64,000 nt of DNA from Gracilinanus agilis (GCF_016433145.1 NC_058134.1:103878914-103942913), one strand, 5' to 3'. Positions 1 through 11,539 are shown, counted from the stretch's first letter. A program made the numbers and translations. The notes: a model not told the origin generated them from the letters alone.

Positions 1-273
1 CAGTTCTTAAACATATGTTTTGATTTGGATATAGTTAAATTGAACTGAAGATCTATTGTTCTTAAGACAAATGAATTGAAGGTTTTCTAAAATAATGACC
101 ATATAATTTTACTTCTGAAAAATATAACATGCCAGAAAATGTCCATTTCCCCATTTAACTAGTGTAGATTTGCACAGGACATAAGTACCATGGTGAATTT
201 TATCTAGAAATGACAGAGGCACAAATTATTGCTTTACTTCATAATTAAATTACATGTTTATACTGATTTTAAG

Positions 274-370
274 AACTTCTCATTGGCAACTGAGTTCCAA
301 AGACAACTTCTGGCAAATGAAATGACAAAATTACCTCAAGCTACAATAGAAAGGATCTTTAACTCTCAAG
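274..370 (+). CDS. Candidate internal coding exon, 97 nt, phase 0 to 1 (NFSLATEFQRQLLANEMTKLPQATIERIFNSQ)
   Basis: Branch-like ctgat, then ttttaag| acceptor and CAAG|gtataa donor; one frame is open with protein-like composition. No homolog recognised. Confidence 0.3.
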
Positions 371-482
371 GTATAAGCAATTACTTGATTGCACAGTAGT
401 ATGGGCTACTAAATTTGAAAAGTACCTAATAAGCATCTAGTATCCTGACCATTCAAGAAGAAAATTCCCTGGTCACCTAGAT

Positions 483-541
483 CAGTGATGGGCAAACTAT
501 TCCCTGCCAGCCAGATCCAGGACATAGTTTGCCCATCACTG
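483..541. mobile_element. 59-bp hAT (Charlie-group) MITE
   Basis: Perfect 18-bp TIRs (cagtgatgggcaaactat 483-500; atagtttgcccatcactg 524-541). 8-bp TSD acctagat/acctagac with central TAG. Confidence 0.85.
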
Positions 542-1419
542 ACCTAGACCAATAGTGATAACTCAATTGGTTAACCATTACTTAATCAACTCTTCCAGTC
601 TTGTTATACAATGGGAGTGGAAGACAATTCTGGAATGTCAGGAAAACTTTGTGCATGATATACTAAAGGAAATCACTCCAAAGATATGTTAAATAAGTAC
701 TTAAAGTCATATATGGTTGACTCTGGTGGTTGATGTGGCACTCTGGTGGCATTCTTATGTTTGAAGATGAGGACCTCAAGGGTTGTTTAATTCCAAGTTC
801 AAAGGGTTACTCTTGAGTTCACACTCAAGTGAATCCTACTACCATATATGTTGTTTTTAATACTCAGTTAATAGGAACAATTAACTGAAAGCAAAAGCAT
901 TTAATGATATATAAAAAGAGCAAAAGTTAAAGCTAATAACAAAACAAGAAACAAAAGCATTTTCTACTTAAACCTGGAGAATACTAGCTCATAAAAACTC
1001 TCAGTATCAATAGAAAAAATGCCACAAATGAAGATTAGATGTGAAATGAAGCTCATATAAAAATCTATGTAGTGTATACATGTATGACAGACCAAATTAG
1101 TGACTTTTCTACAGTCAATTTTCAAAGAAAAAATGATTTTTTCTCCAGGTTGGGGATTCTAATTTGTGCACCTTAGAACTGAAATAAATAAATATAAAAT
1201 GGATCAAAAACCTTAAGCTTATTTCTCAGAACCACATGATCCAGAGGAGGATTGAAGGGCATTCTCAGGCTTCTCTCCTTTTAGCCCTCCAAACTACCCT
1301 AACCTCTCTACCCTGCAATTTCCTTGATAGTGATTATATTTCAGATGATATGGGAATTTACCAAACCCATTATAAATACTTACATTATTTTTCTTCCAGG
1401 GTATATGAGGTATTCAGAG

Positions 1420-1930
1420 AGGACTAGCATCTCTTATGTGAGGGCTTACCAACGTGTTTTCAGGGCTATACATTCACCTTTCATATCTACCTTTCACACA
1501 ACTCTCACCTGTGGCACCAAGAATCTGTAGTTTTCACAGTGGCCACATCTCCTAAAACCATCTTAGGGCCAAACCAGGTAGTGGATAACCAATAGGTCTC
1601 AAAGCTATCCATGAGTTAGAGGTATATCTACCCCAAGCATATGAAGACTTCCTCTGGTGGAATAGGTGGATGAGAACAATTTGTTCCAGTAGCCAAGAAC
1701 ATCACTTAAGAAAGTATTGTGGGACATTTAGAACTTGGCCAGACATGGAAGATGCCAAAGTCATCCACTGCATCCTGAGTCATCACCAGTCACTCTGACT
1801 TTTGTCTTGCCACTATACTTCGATGACTCACAAAGAGAGAGACTGAGGGTTTTGTATAACTCTACTTAAATCTAATTCTCACTTAAATCTAATTCACAAG
1901 CAAGCCAAAACATCACCTAATGATACCATT
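1420..1930 (+). mobile_element. RTE LINE 3' fragment (marsupial RTE family)
   Basis: Resembles recalled marsupial RTE 3' end (ccagtcactctgacttttgtcttgccact...cacttaaatctaattcac...acatcacc), with a small tandem duplication at about 1864-1895. Confidence 0.6.
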
Positions 1931-2749
1931 AGTCCTTTTCCAAAAGGAAGGAAGCACAACATTTTTCTTCTAGAATTGTGATAAAAAGATATCAGGTATA
2001 GATGAGTTAGGTCATTCTGGACTAAAGACCCCAAAATAATTCCATTGTTTCTGGTAAGGCAAATGAAATAATTCATTTACTTCTGACATGTTTTAAAAAC
2101 TGTTTTTCAAAAGAACTTTAATGTTGTCCCTGACTATATTATCAATGCTAGGAAGCAACACCATTAAATAACTGAGTGAGAATTTTTAAAAGATCTCAGA
2201 ACAATGAGATAAATGCTAGATTCAATGTAAGATTTGAGCAAAGTGAAATGAGGCAGCCCTAATCTCTCAACAAAGGTAAGACAATCAGATGGCTTTTGAA
2301 TATCAAAGAAGCTGCCAGACAGAGCTAGTAAATTGACCCCAGGGTTCCAAAAGAAAAGTATAAACAACCATCTTTTCCTTCCCCACTCATGCAAAACCTT
2401 TGGAATTCATCTGGGGAACACAGTTATTTCAAAAATTAACTTTGTAGTTTCCAAATGAAAGCATAATAACTGTTTCCCAGTCCCTGTGCTAGAAAGCTAT
2501 TCAACATTTCAAAGGCAGATGTTTACAGCTGATATCTGACAGCTGTTTACTGATACCCTGCTATTCACTGTCTAAGAGAATTAAACTATGTGACCAGAAC
2601 AGTTTGGCTCTAATTCAGTCATCTCAGAATTTAATGACCCTCCTATCTCTTCTTTCTCAGTGTCTCTTTTCTTAGTCTTTCTTTCTCCTCTTCCCCACAT
2701 CTCTTTGTTCTATATTTCTTTGAACATCAGGGAAGGCATAGCATGGACC

Positions 2750-3420
2750 ATATGACAAGACTACACCTTTGAGATTTTTCATTTAAATGTTACTTCCCTC
2801 TGATCATATTGCCTGGCACTTCTCACACTTACTTTATCTGCCTTATGACTCCCACTGGGAAGTCAAATCTCTCCATCATTTTATTTTCACCTACTTCTTA
2901 AATTCCCCTTCTTGTTACTAGGGATTTCCTATCCAGCTGGGATTTTAGAGTCAGTCATTCACTATTATGATAAAAATCCTTTTGCCCCTTAAAACTTTTG
3001 CCACTGGGAGCTGGTTAGCTCAGTGATTTAAAGCCAGACCTAGAGATGGGAGGTCCTAGGTTCAAATCTGGCCTCAGACACTTCCCAGCTGTGTGACCTT
3101 GGGCAAGTTACTTGTCCCCCATTGCCTAGCCCTTATCTCTTCTTCTGCCTTGGAACCATTCCAAGATGGAAGGTAAGGGTTTAAAAAAAAACTTTGGCCA
3201 TTCAATCCTGGTTTCTCCCACATCTCCTTTTGAACAGTGAACTATTATTGGATAAAGATACAGAGTCAACTCTGCAGTCTTAGTCTAGGCTGTCCAACTT
3301 GAGTTAAATCCTTGCTGCTTCCAGAAGTCTTTTTCATTCTTTTCTTTTTGGCTTCTCAATGAATGACCTTCCCATAACAGCTGTCATAATCACAGGAGCT
3401 CGAAGAAGGAAGAATACAAC
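2750..3420 (+). mobile_element. Possible very old L2 ORF2 remnant, interrupted by a SINE
   Basis: Pyrimidine-rich degenerate sequence weakly resembling the L2 post-endonuclease region. Confidence 0.3.
3006..3190 (+). mobile_element. SINE1_Mdo-type CORE-SINE
   Basis: tRNA-like head, ggttcaaatctggcctcagacacttcccagctgtgtgacc core, ggaaggtaagggtttaaaaaa tail; TSD aaaacttttgcca/aaaactttggcca. Confidence 0.9.
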
Positions 3421-3439
3421 TTTTGGCCAAATCACAAAT

Positions 3440-3860
3440 CCTGTTCAAAACATCCCCACAAGTGGTCATCCCTCTTCCCCTTAAACACTTTCAATAAGCC
3501 ATATTTTGTTTTGGAAAGTTTTAATTATAAGAAATCATCCCTTAGGTTGATCCCAAATTGTTCAACATTACTTTCTCCCTTCTAGTATCCTTGAAAAGAA
3601 AACCAATATTATGCTGTATTATATAGTAAACAATATTACTCTGTAATCATCTTTTTCCTCACTTTCCTCATTTTTTCAGATCCCACTTCTCAGTGAAACA
3701 CATCAAGTAATTTCTGAAAGGCTTGATCTGATCAAATAATATGATCATTCCCAGCACCCAAGGCATCAGCTCTTTAAGCAGCTTGGCTGGACTCTCCCAA
3801 TGGACAACTGTCCTATCATTGCTTTTCTTCATCACAATTAAGGGCGACTTAGTCTCCAAG
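3440..3860 (-). mobile_element. L3/CR1 3' fragment
   Basis: aacatccccacaagtggtcatcc...ggaaagttttaatt...aaatc resembles the antisense L3 3' region; heavily decayed. Confidence 0.5.
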
Positions 3861-3939
3861 GGGGAGGCCAGCCTCAGGAGAACCTGATTAAAATGTTATT
3901 TTTTTAATTGCCCAAATCTCATAAAATAAATTGTTGTTC

Positions 3940-4155
3940 TGTCATTTCAGGCATGTCTGACTTTTTGGGACTCAGTTCGAGGTTTTCTTGGCAAAGATAC
4001 TGGAATGGTTTGCCATTTTCTTCTCCAATGAATTAAAGCAAACAGAGATTAAGTGATTTGCCAAGGGTCAAAGAGCTAGTGAGGGTTTGAGATGACATTT
4101 GAATTTGGTTTTCTCTGACTCCACACCTAGCACTCTACCCCTGGAATAACTAGCC
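3940..4155 (-). mobile_element. MAR1 SINE
   Basis: ggttttcttggcaaagatactggaatggtttgccattttcttctcc plus CORE in antisense. Confidence 0.8.
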
Positions 4156-4164
4156 TTTCTTAAA

Positions 4165-4585
4165 TGTCAGAAAACTTTGAGGAGCAATCCACTCTCTCCA
4201 TCTTCAGATTTATCCTATCACCTGAAGATAACTCCTGCCTCCCAATTTCCCAACTAGGAAGTAATAGGGAGGACATCCAACCTACTCTCCACTGAAATGT
4301 CTATCAATCAACATTGTCTTATCTTTGCCAGGGGCAGTACAAAGGACATAGTGTCAGGTCAATCAGGAGAAAGGCACAGCTAGCTTTGAAAGATCCTATT
4401 AGCTCTCACTCTGTCTTTGGGCATTGAGAGTGACCCAACTTATCCCAGCACAGCTGGCCCAACTAATAAATTGCTCATGCTCAAGTCCCTGACTTACTGC
4501 TGATGAATGGGTATCTTTGTATGTACTCTAGTAGGATGCATGCTGGGAAAGTTTAGGTCCAGTGCCTGATGTATGCATAGGAACA
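4165..4585 (+). mobile_element. Possible solo LTR
   Basis: TG start and CA end, internal aataaa followed by U5-like sequence, higher GC than flanks; only a 3/4 TSD match (taaa/taac). Confidence 0.35.
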
Positions 4586-5224
4586 TAACTTGTTTTGGAA
4601 ATTTTCCAATTTCAGATCCTCCTCCTTTAGATCTGCCTAGTGGTCCCACTAGCTAAAACCTGTGTCTCTATTCTGCTTTACTACTCAGTCTTCCAAACTC
4701 AGTAAGTTTGTACATTTATGCCCTGATTTGGAGGTTCTACACCTCAGTCCCCCCAATATCCATATTGTTAGGTTCAGCCATCAAAATGTACTACCTAGAC
4801 CTCACTGACCTCATGTTTGGAGCAGGTCTTGGGGTATCTTTGGAGACTCATTGCACCATTGCCTATTTTTCTGGCCAGATGTCAATCACTCCCAATATTT
4901 GGCTATTTTGACAAGTTACCTTCTATGTGTTGTTTCCCCTTCCTAGCTCTCAACCCTGCAGAAGTAGAGGTGGCCCGTGCCCCTTCTGCTTCTTTCAGGC
5001 ACTCCTGGACTTTGGCACTGTGGGGTGTCCCAAACCACAAATCCTTTGCCTCAGTGAAGGATTCTTGTTGTGGCCACATGGTAATTCACTTTATTTTAGG
5101 TGGAAACTGCTGAGGACCCAGGAGAACCCAATTCTACTGACAATATTTGGGTCATTGCTATAAAGATCATACTTTGCTCTTGAGAAAACAATAGTTCATT
5201 TTTTCTATTCTATATTTTCTTTTT

Positions 5225-5412
5225 CTTTTTTTCCTCTTAAACTCTTTCCTTCTATCTTAGTATTGATCCCAACAGAAAAACAGAATGGGTTAGGCAACTG
5301 GGGTTAAGAGACTTTCCCAGGGACATGCAGCTAGTAAGTATTTGAGGTCAAATTTGAATCCAGATCCTCCTGCTTCCAGTTTAGTGCTCTATTCACTTTG
5401 CTATCTATCTGC
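5225..5412 (-). mobile_element. Older marsupial CORE-SINE
   Basis: Antisense SINE tail (ttccttctatcttagtattgat) plus CORE and tRNA-like head. Confidence 0.75.
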
Positions 5413-5428
5413 CATGTCAGTATTATTT

Positions 5429-5547
5429 TTTTTAAACCCTTGTACTTCGGTGTATTGTCTCATAGGTGGAAGATTGGTAAGGGTGGGCAATGGGGGTCAA
5501 GTGACTTGCCCAGGGTCACACAGCTGGGAAGTGGCTGAGGCCGGGTT
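5429..5547 (-). mobile_element. 5'-truncated young SINE1_Mdo
   Basis: Antisense SINE1 body with retained CpGs; perfect 16-bp TSD catgtcagtattattt (5413-5428, 5548-5563). Confidence 0.92.
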
Positions 5548-5599
5548 CATGTCAGTATTATTTATGGGAGCTAGAAAGGGCTTTGATAATCCTTTAGTC

Positions 5600-5802
5600 C
5601 AGTGATTCCCAGAGTGGGCACCACTGCCCCTTGGTGGGTGCTGCAGTGATCGGGGGTGGGGGGGGCGCAGTGATGGCCACAGGTGCATTTATCTTTCCTA
5701 TTAATTACTATTAAAAATTTTTAAAAATTGATTTCCAGGGGGCTAAGTAATATTTTTTTTCTGGAAAGGAGGCGGTAGGCCAAAAAAGTTTGGGAAACAC
5801 TA
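5600..5802. mobile_element. About 200-bp non-autonomous hAT (Charlie-group) element
   Basis: Termini cagtgattcccagagt ... agtttgggaaacacta form imperfect TIRs; 8-bp TSD ctttagtc/atttagtc. Confidence 0.85.
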
Positions 5803-6088
5803 ATTTAGTCCAACACATGAGGAAACTGAACAACTTAGTAAAAGTTCAAGGTTATGTGAACGATTGAAAAAGCATATTTATTAATTATTAATTAATATTA
5901 ATATTACTGGTGCAAAGCAGTGGGCACACACAAGAATGAGATAGTTCTTTAAGAGTAGATGACAAACTCAGATAAAATTATTTGTATGGCATCCACACTC
6001 AAAAGAGATGTGACCTCATTTCTCAATTTAGTGAAAAGTCAAAAGCCTCAAAGTATAAACTACCTTATCATGAAATTAATGGTTGATA

Positions 6089-6290
6089 GGGGGCAGCTTG
6101 GTGGCTCAGTGGATTAAGAGCCAGGTCCAGAGACAGGAGGTCCTGGGTTCAAATCTGGCCTCAGGCACTTCCCATCTGTATGACAGCAAGTCACTTGACC
6201 CCCATTGCCTAGCCCTTACTTGCCTTTTGCCTTGGAACCAATATATAGTATTGATTCTAAGGTGGAAGGTAAAGGTTTTTTTTTTTAAAA
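6089..6290 (+). mobile_element. SINE1_Mdo-type SINE
   Basis: Full head, CORE and tail; TSD aattaatggtt on both sides. Confidence 0.9.
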
Positions 6291-6329
6291 AGGAATTAAT
6301 GGTTCTTAAAGACAAGAAGGTCATGTTTA

Positions 6330-6520
6330 GTAGGTGACATAGAGGATAGAGTGCTGCACTTGGAGTCAATGAAGTCCTGAATTCAAATCCAGCCTCAGAC
6401 ACACATTACTTATGTGTTCCTGGGAAAGTCTGTCTGCCTTAGCTCCCTTAACTATAAAATTGCAGTAATAACAACATTTAGCTCCCTAGATTTTGTAAGG
6501 ATCAAATTGAATAATATTAG
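6330..6520 (+). mobile_element. MIR-type SINE
   Basis: Degenerate tRNA head and CORE, with L2-derived tail (gtaaggatcaaattga). Confidence 0.7.
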
Positions 6521-6527
6521 ATTGTTG

Positions 6528-6985
6528 GTAGCTAGGTGGCATATTGGATAGAGTGCCAGATCTAGAGTAAGGAAGAATGAACTCAAATTTTACCTCAGAA
6601 ACTCTCTCTATGACCCTGGGCAAGTCATTTAACCCTATTTGCCTCAGTTTCCTTATCTGTAAAATGAGCTGGAGAAGGAAATGATGAACCACTCCAGTAT
6701 CTTTGCCAAGAAAACCCCAAATAGGGGGCAGCTGGGTAGCTCAGTGGATTGAGAGCCAGGCCTAGAGACAGGACGTCCTAGGTTCAAATCTGGCCTCAAA
6801 CATGTCCCAGCTGTGTGACCCTGGGCAAGTCACTTAACCCCCATTGCCTAGCCCTTACCATTCTTCTGCTTTGGAGCCAATAAACAGTATTGACTCCAAG
6901 ACAGAAGGTAAGGGTTTAAAAAAAAAGAAAAGAAAACCCCAAATGGAGTAATGAAAAGTCAGAAACATGAATGGACTAAACAACA
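6528..6985 (+). mobile_element. MAR1 SINE split by a nested SINE1
   Basis: ggagaaggaaatg...ccactccagtatctttgccaagaaaaccccaaat resumes after the insert with ggagtaatgaaaagtcagaaacatga...aacaacaa. Confidence 0.85.
6724..6929 (+). mobile_element. SINE1_Mdo nested in MAR1
   Basis: Near-consensus body; perfect 15-bp TSD aagaaaaccccaaat (6708-6722, 6930-6944). Confidence 0.95.
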
Positions 6986-8062
6986 ATAGCCCGAGGACAA
7001 GGATTGGCTTTTTCTTCTTTCTGTATCTGTAATATAGCATTAGCACAGTACTTGGCACATAGTTCATGCTCACAATTGATTTTCTAAAGCTTATAAAGCA
7101 GTTATTGTTATTTTTTATCTCTCAGGACATAATACTTTGAACACTAATGTTGGATAAAGGTCATATATGAATGCACAAACACACCTTTGTCTCTATATCT
7201 TATTTAGAAGTATAGAATTTTAAAATTATATAACTTTAGAGGTGGAAAAGACCTAAAAATAATCCAACCCAAGCTCCTAAATTCACAAAGGAGGAGAAAA
7301 CTGAGTTCTAGAGAAGTTCAGCAATTATTTCAGGAGATTGTACTATAATGTCCAAGGAAGAAATATTCCTCCTCTTCTTGATAGCATCAACTTAGGTCCC
7401 AAAGTTTAAGAATTTGCTTAAGATTATATAAATATTATAATCCACTGTGTCCCATTGCCTTTTGGTTCAGATTTGATTGGACCAGGTCACCTCTGAACTC
7501 TGGCACTTTCCAAATTTAAGTTTTTGGTATTTTATTAATTATGCAGCGAAGCAGAAATTATCATCAACAATTTCCTCTTCTGTGATTTCATCATTATAAG
7601 CATCAACCAGGCTAGAAATTCTGTCCACCAATGCATGTGGAAAATTAATATTGAACTGTGAATTTATTTTTTCCTTTATTACCCCATCAAAATTAGGATG
7701 AAATAGTCTGATTCTAAGCTGAGGCGATACATAGTTTCTCCCCTAAGCTATCAAAATAGTTTAGAGATTTCCTTCTTTTGTTAAGATCTGAAAAGGACAA
7801 AATGATTAAGGTAGGACTGGCCAGCCATTGTAAACCTTGGACCCCTTTGAAATATTAAGAATGTTATAAACAACTATGTGGAATCCATTTAAAGTACAGT
7901 AGTCCAGGCACATGTCAGAATGTGCTGGAATTTTCTGCATCTTGGCAGAGACCAAATCCTCTTGTAATGAAATAATGAAAGATGAATTGAGGTCTCTAAG
8001 TCCTCATTGGCTATTTACCAATCAGAGATATCTTGGGATGTCCAATGGAAGACACATTATAT

Positions 8063-8450
8063 AATTTTTAAAATTATTTTATTTTTATCCATGCTACAGG
8101 TAGATATATTTTAATAACCATTTTCTGACATTTTGTGATACATGTTCTCTCACCCCCATCTCTCCATCCTTCCTAACATGGCAGATCACATGATATAGGT
8201 TGTACCTATGCTATCGTCCAACACCTATTTTCATGTTTGTCACGTTGTGAAAGAAGACACATCACTCACACTAGAGGAAAATTCGGAGGAAATAGAGTGA
8301 AGATTGGTGAGCTTTAATCTGCATTTAGACTCCATCCATTCCTCCTATGGTGGTGAAGAACCTTTTTCAGCATGAGTCTCTTGGAGTTGTCTTGGATCTT
8401 TGCATTGCTGATAATAATAAAGTCATGCACATTTGGTCATCATATATTCC
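8063..8450 (-). mobile_element. Marsupial L1 3' UTR fragment
   Basis: Starts with antisense poly-A region (ttttatttt), then aataaccattttctgacattttgtgat and gagtctcttggagttgtcttggatc typical of L1 3' ends. Confidence 0.75.
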
Positions 8451-8589
8451 TGGTGCAGATCTTATAATCATTACATCTAACATAAACATATAATTAGTGC
8501 CCACCTGGGGCACTGAGATGCTGAATGTTGCCCCTTTCACACAGTCCTTAAAGGTCAGAACTGGGAGAATCCAGTTCTTCTGAATGCCA

Positions 8590-8780
8590 ATGCTTGTACT
8601 TCAACCACTTTGATGGCACATTTTCAAGTTTAATCTATATTATTAATATTTTCTCCATCACTTTTTTAAGTGTAGATAATCTGAAAAAAAGTGACAATTT
8701 CTGATTTGTAGGGTTTATAGATTTAAGATTTGTAAATGTTCACACTGAAAATTTAGCAATAGGATCCTGCTCTTATAGAC
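8590..8780 (-). mobile_element. MER63-like hAT fragment
   Basis: attaatattttctccatcactttttaagtgtagataat...ctgatttgtag resembles antisense MER63-type consensus. Confidence 0.6.
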
Positions 8781-8949
8781 CTTCTATTAGAGTAGGAACT
8801 GAAAGATTATCTACTAGCATTTAAATCTATACTCTCAGTTCATTGCTTTTCCTATTATGCCACGCTGTCTCTGAAAAAGGTTTTCAGTGATGAATATTTC
8901 AGATGAGGTTCTCATTTTCAAACTGAAAACAACTGTACGTTTCCATTGT

Positions 8950-9695
8950 ATATGTATTTTTGTTGTTTCAGTTTTAGTTTTTATAGATATGTTTAATTTT
9001 AAATCATCATGATTTCCAGAAATCTCTCCTTTATACTCTATGCAGTAAGCCATCTCTTGCAATAAGAATAAAAAAGGAGAGGGGAAAAAATAATTGTTTG
9101 GCAAAACTAACCAACATATCAACATATAACTATAAAGTTATATAAACACATTCTTCCCCCATAACTATCAGGTAGGAAACTAATTTCAAAAAAGAGAGTG
9201 AGGCCTTCTTTTGTAGAGATAGAAAGGAAATGAGTTTTCTCATCGCTCTCTCAGAGGTCAATCTTGGTCACTGTAATAATATAGCATTCAGTTTGAGTGG
9301 TTATTTTTTGTCCTTTTCTTTATAATCTGAATATTTTTCCTGATTCTGCTTAATTTGCTCTGTATCAATTCATGAGCCATCCAACCCTTCTCTAATTCTT
9401 AATATGTTTTGTCCCTTTTGTCACAGTTCTATTACATTCATATGCTTCAATTTTAGCCATCCAAGGAAAGAATATTTTTTTCAGTTTCATCTTTTTGGCC
9501 TCAGTTTTTTACATACTTTAATGAATATTTAGAGATTATATAAAATACTTTTCTCTTTTTTACCTACCTCCTTGGGGTATAATCCTAGCAAAAGGTTGTC
9601 TGGGTTAGAATATGGAAATTTAAGTCAAATCCTTATCATTATATGAAGTTGCTTTCCAGAATGATTAGATTCATTCACAATCCCACCAACAATTT
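8950..9695 (-). mobile_element. Old L1 ORF2 C-terminus and 3' UTR
   Basis: ttggggtataatcctagc, ttgctttccagaatga, cacaatcccaccaacaat are antisense L1 ORF2 end motifs. Confidence 0.7.
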
Positions 9696-9959
9696 TTCTT
9701 TTACTCATTTTTTAATGCCAAGTCCATTACCTAAAGATATTTCCCATAAGGAAAGAAAGTTGCTAGATAAGATAATATACCAATGTCACATCAGAAAATA
9801 GTATTTGTGATTTTTTTCTTTTTAAACAAAGTCCAAAATAAATATAGGAAAGTACCCAGGGGGACTGGGTGATTGACTTGAAAAATGCCCCTTAGAGACA
9901 AACATTTGAGTCCAAGACACAAGAATAGTGAAGCTAAATTATAGTACATCATTCAGTTT

Positions 9960-10095
9960 AATAATATTTCCCTTTTGTAGATGAGGAGACAGAGACTTTG
10001 AGAGAAAGAATTACTTATCTGTGATCAGACAATAACTGTGAAAGCTGAACCCTAGTCTTCATTACTCCAAAGTCAGGTTTCTCTCCACTACACCA
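9960..10095 (-). mobile_element. MIR fragment
   Basis: cccttttgtagatgaggagacagag antisense CORE. Confidence 0.6.
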
Positions 10096-10294
10096 TATTA
10101 CTCTCAGCCATCAAATGCAAGCCCTTCAAAACCGAGTAGTGACAGAGCTAAAGGAAGAGAGAGATACTGTCTTTCATGATTTTATATTTATTTGGTTATT
10201 TCTGGCTCTCTTTCTCACATACTCTGCCTCCCTTTTAACAAGCTAAGACTATTATTGTCTTTGCTCAGAAAGAATTATTCTTTATTTAATAAAG

Positions 10295-10855
10295 TATTCA
10301 ACGTCTACTTAACAAACTCCAGTGGCTCCCTATTACCTTCAGAATCAAATATAAAGTTGTCTATTTCACTTTTAAAGCCCTTCAAAAATGTCCTCTTTCT
10401 ACCTTTTCAGTCTTCTTAACACCTTACTGTTCCACCCAACAAACTGCAATCCAGGGACATTGGCATTTTGACTTCCTTGCATAGGACATTCCTTTTTTTC
10501 CCCCAGTCTCAGCTTTTTCCATGGCTTTATCTCAAGCTTGGAAATTCTCTTCTTCTTTATCTCTGTCTCTTGGATTCCCTGGCTTTCTTCATGTCTCAAC
10601 TAGTCTACCTTTTGCAAGAAACTTTTTCCCAGTTCTCCTTAAATTTAGTGTCCTCTCTCTGACACTAGCCCTATTTTAGCCTTTTCGTATTTTATTTAAA
10701 CAGTTGTTTCCATGTTGTCTCCTCCATTAGACTATGAGCTCCTTGGAGGGTAAGGATTTTATTTTTCTTATGTTTTACTTTTCTTCACATCCTCAGTGCT
10801 TAGCATAGTAACTGACATATAGCTGGCACTTAATAAATGTTAATTGACTGATTAT
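10295..10855 (+). mobile_element. L2 3' end
   Basis: aactccagtggctccctattaccttcagaatcaaa ... gactatgagctccttggaggg ... ggcacttaataaatgttaattgactga. Confidence 0.85.
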
Positions 10856-11007
10856 TCCCTGTATTCTTGTACATACTAGGTGTGATGAGTTCAGATCTGT
10901 CCAAGAAACTCTTCCCCCCAAAAAACCCCAACAAAAGTTGGTCTCTAGCTGATAAGTGGGTTTTAAAGTCTTTTATACACAATTCTCAAAAATAAACACA
11001 AAAGAGG

Positions 11008-11210
11008 TGGGCACCTAGGTTTCTCAGTGGATTAAATGCCAAGCCTAGGGATGAGAGGTCCTGGGTTCAAATTTTATTTCAGATACTTATTATCTGTGTG
11101 CCCTGGGCAAGTCATTGAATCCCCATTGCCTAGCCCTTACAGCTTTTCTGCTTTCTATCCAATATATAGTATTGATTCTAAGATGGAAGGTAAGGCTTTA
11201 AAAAAAAGAA
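11008..11210 (+). mobile_element. SINE1/WSINE-type CORE-SINE
   Basis: Full head, CORE, and gtattgattctaagatggaaggtaagg tail. Confidence 0.9.
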
Positions 11211-11339
11211 TAATCACAAACCTCAGAGAGACAGAGAAGGGATGGGGTGGGTTCTCTACAAATATCATCACTCTTCACCATACATGGTAAGAGAATAATA
11301 AGTTCAAGTCCTGAAGCAATTACTTTGGAACATAGATAA

Positions 11340-11490
11340 GTATCAGAGTATTAGTGATTCACAAACTTTCTTAGCCTTACTTTCCTCATTTGTAAAATAT
11401 GGATAAGGGTACATACAATAAGGATTTTCATGAGTCAAATGAGAATTTATGTAAAATCCTATAAGACTATGAGCTACTTTGAAAAGGTAA
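11340..11490 (+). mobile_element. MIR fragment
   Basis: ctttcctcatttgtaaaat...gagtcaaatgaga. Confidence 0.55.
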
Positions 11491-11539
11491 GTAAAAATGT
11501 CCACTTTTATCATTCTCGTCCATGTATGACAGCCCACCA

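Noticed and set aside
2164-2394. ORF containing FFDIQKPSDCL, reminiscent of an RT motif (FxDxxKAFD)
   Set aside because: Single weak motif with no supporting neighbouring RT motifs.
3006-11210. tRNA-like A/B box heads considered as tRNA genes
   Set aside because: All continue into CORE-SINE bodies; none forms a complete cloverleaf.
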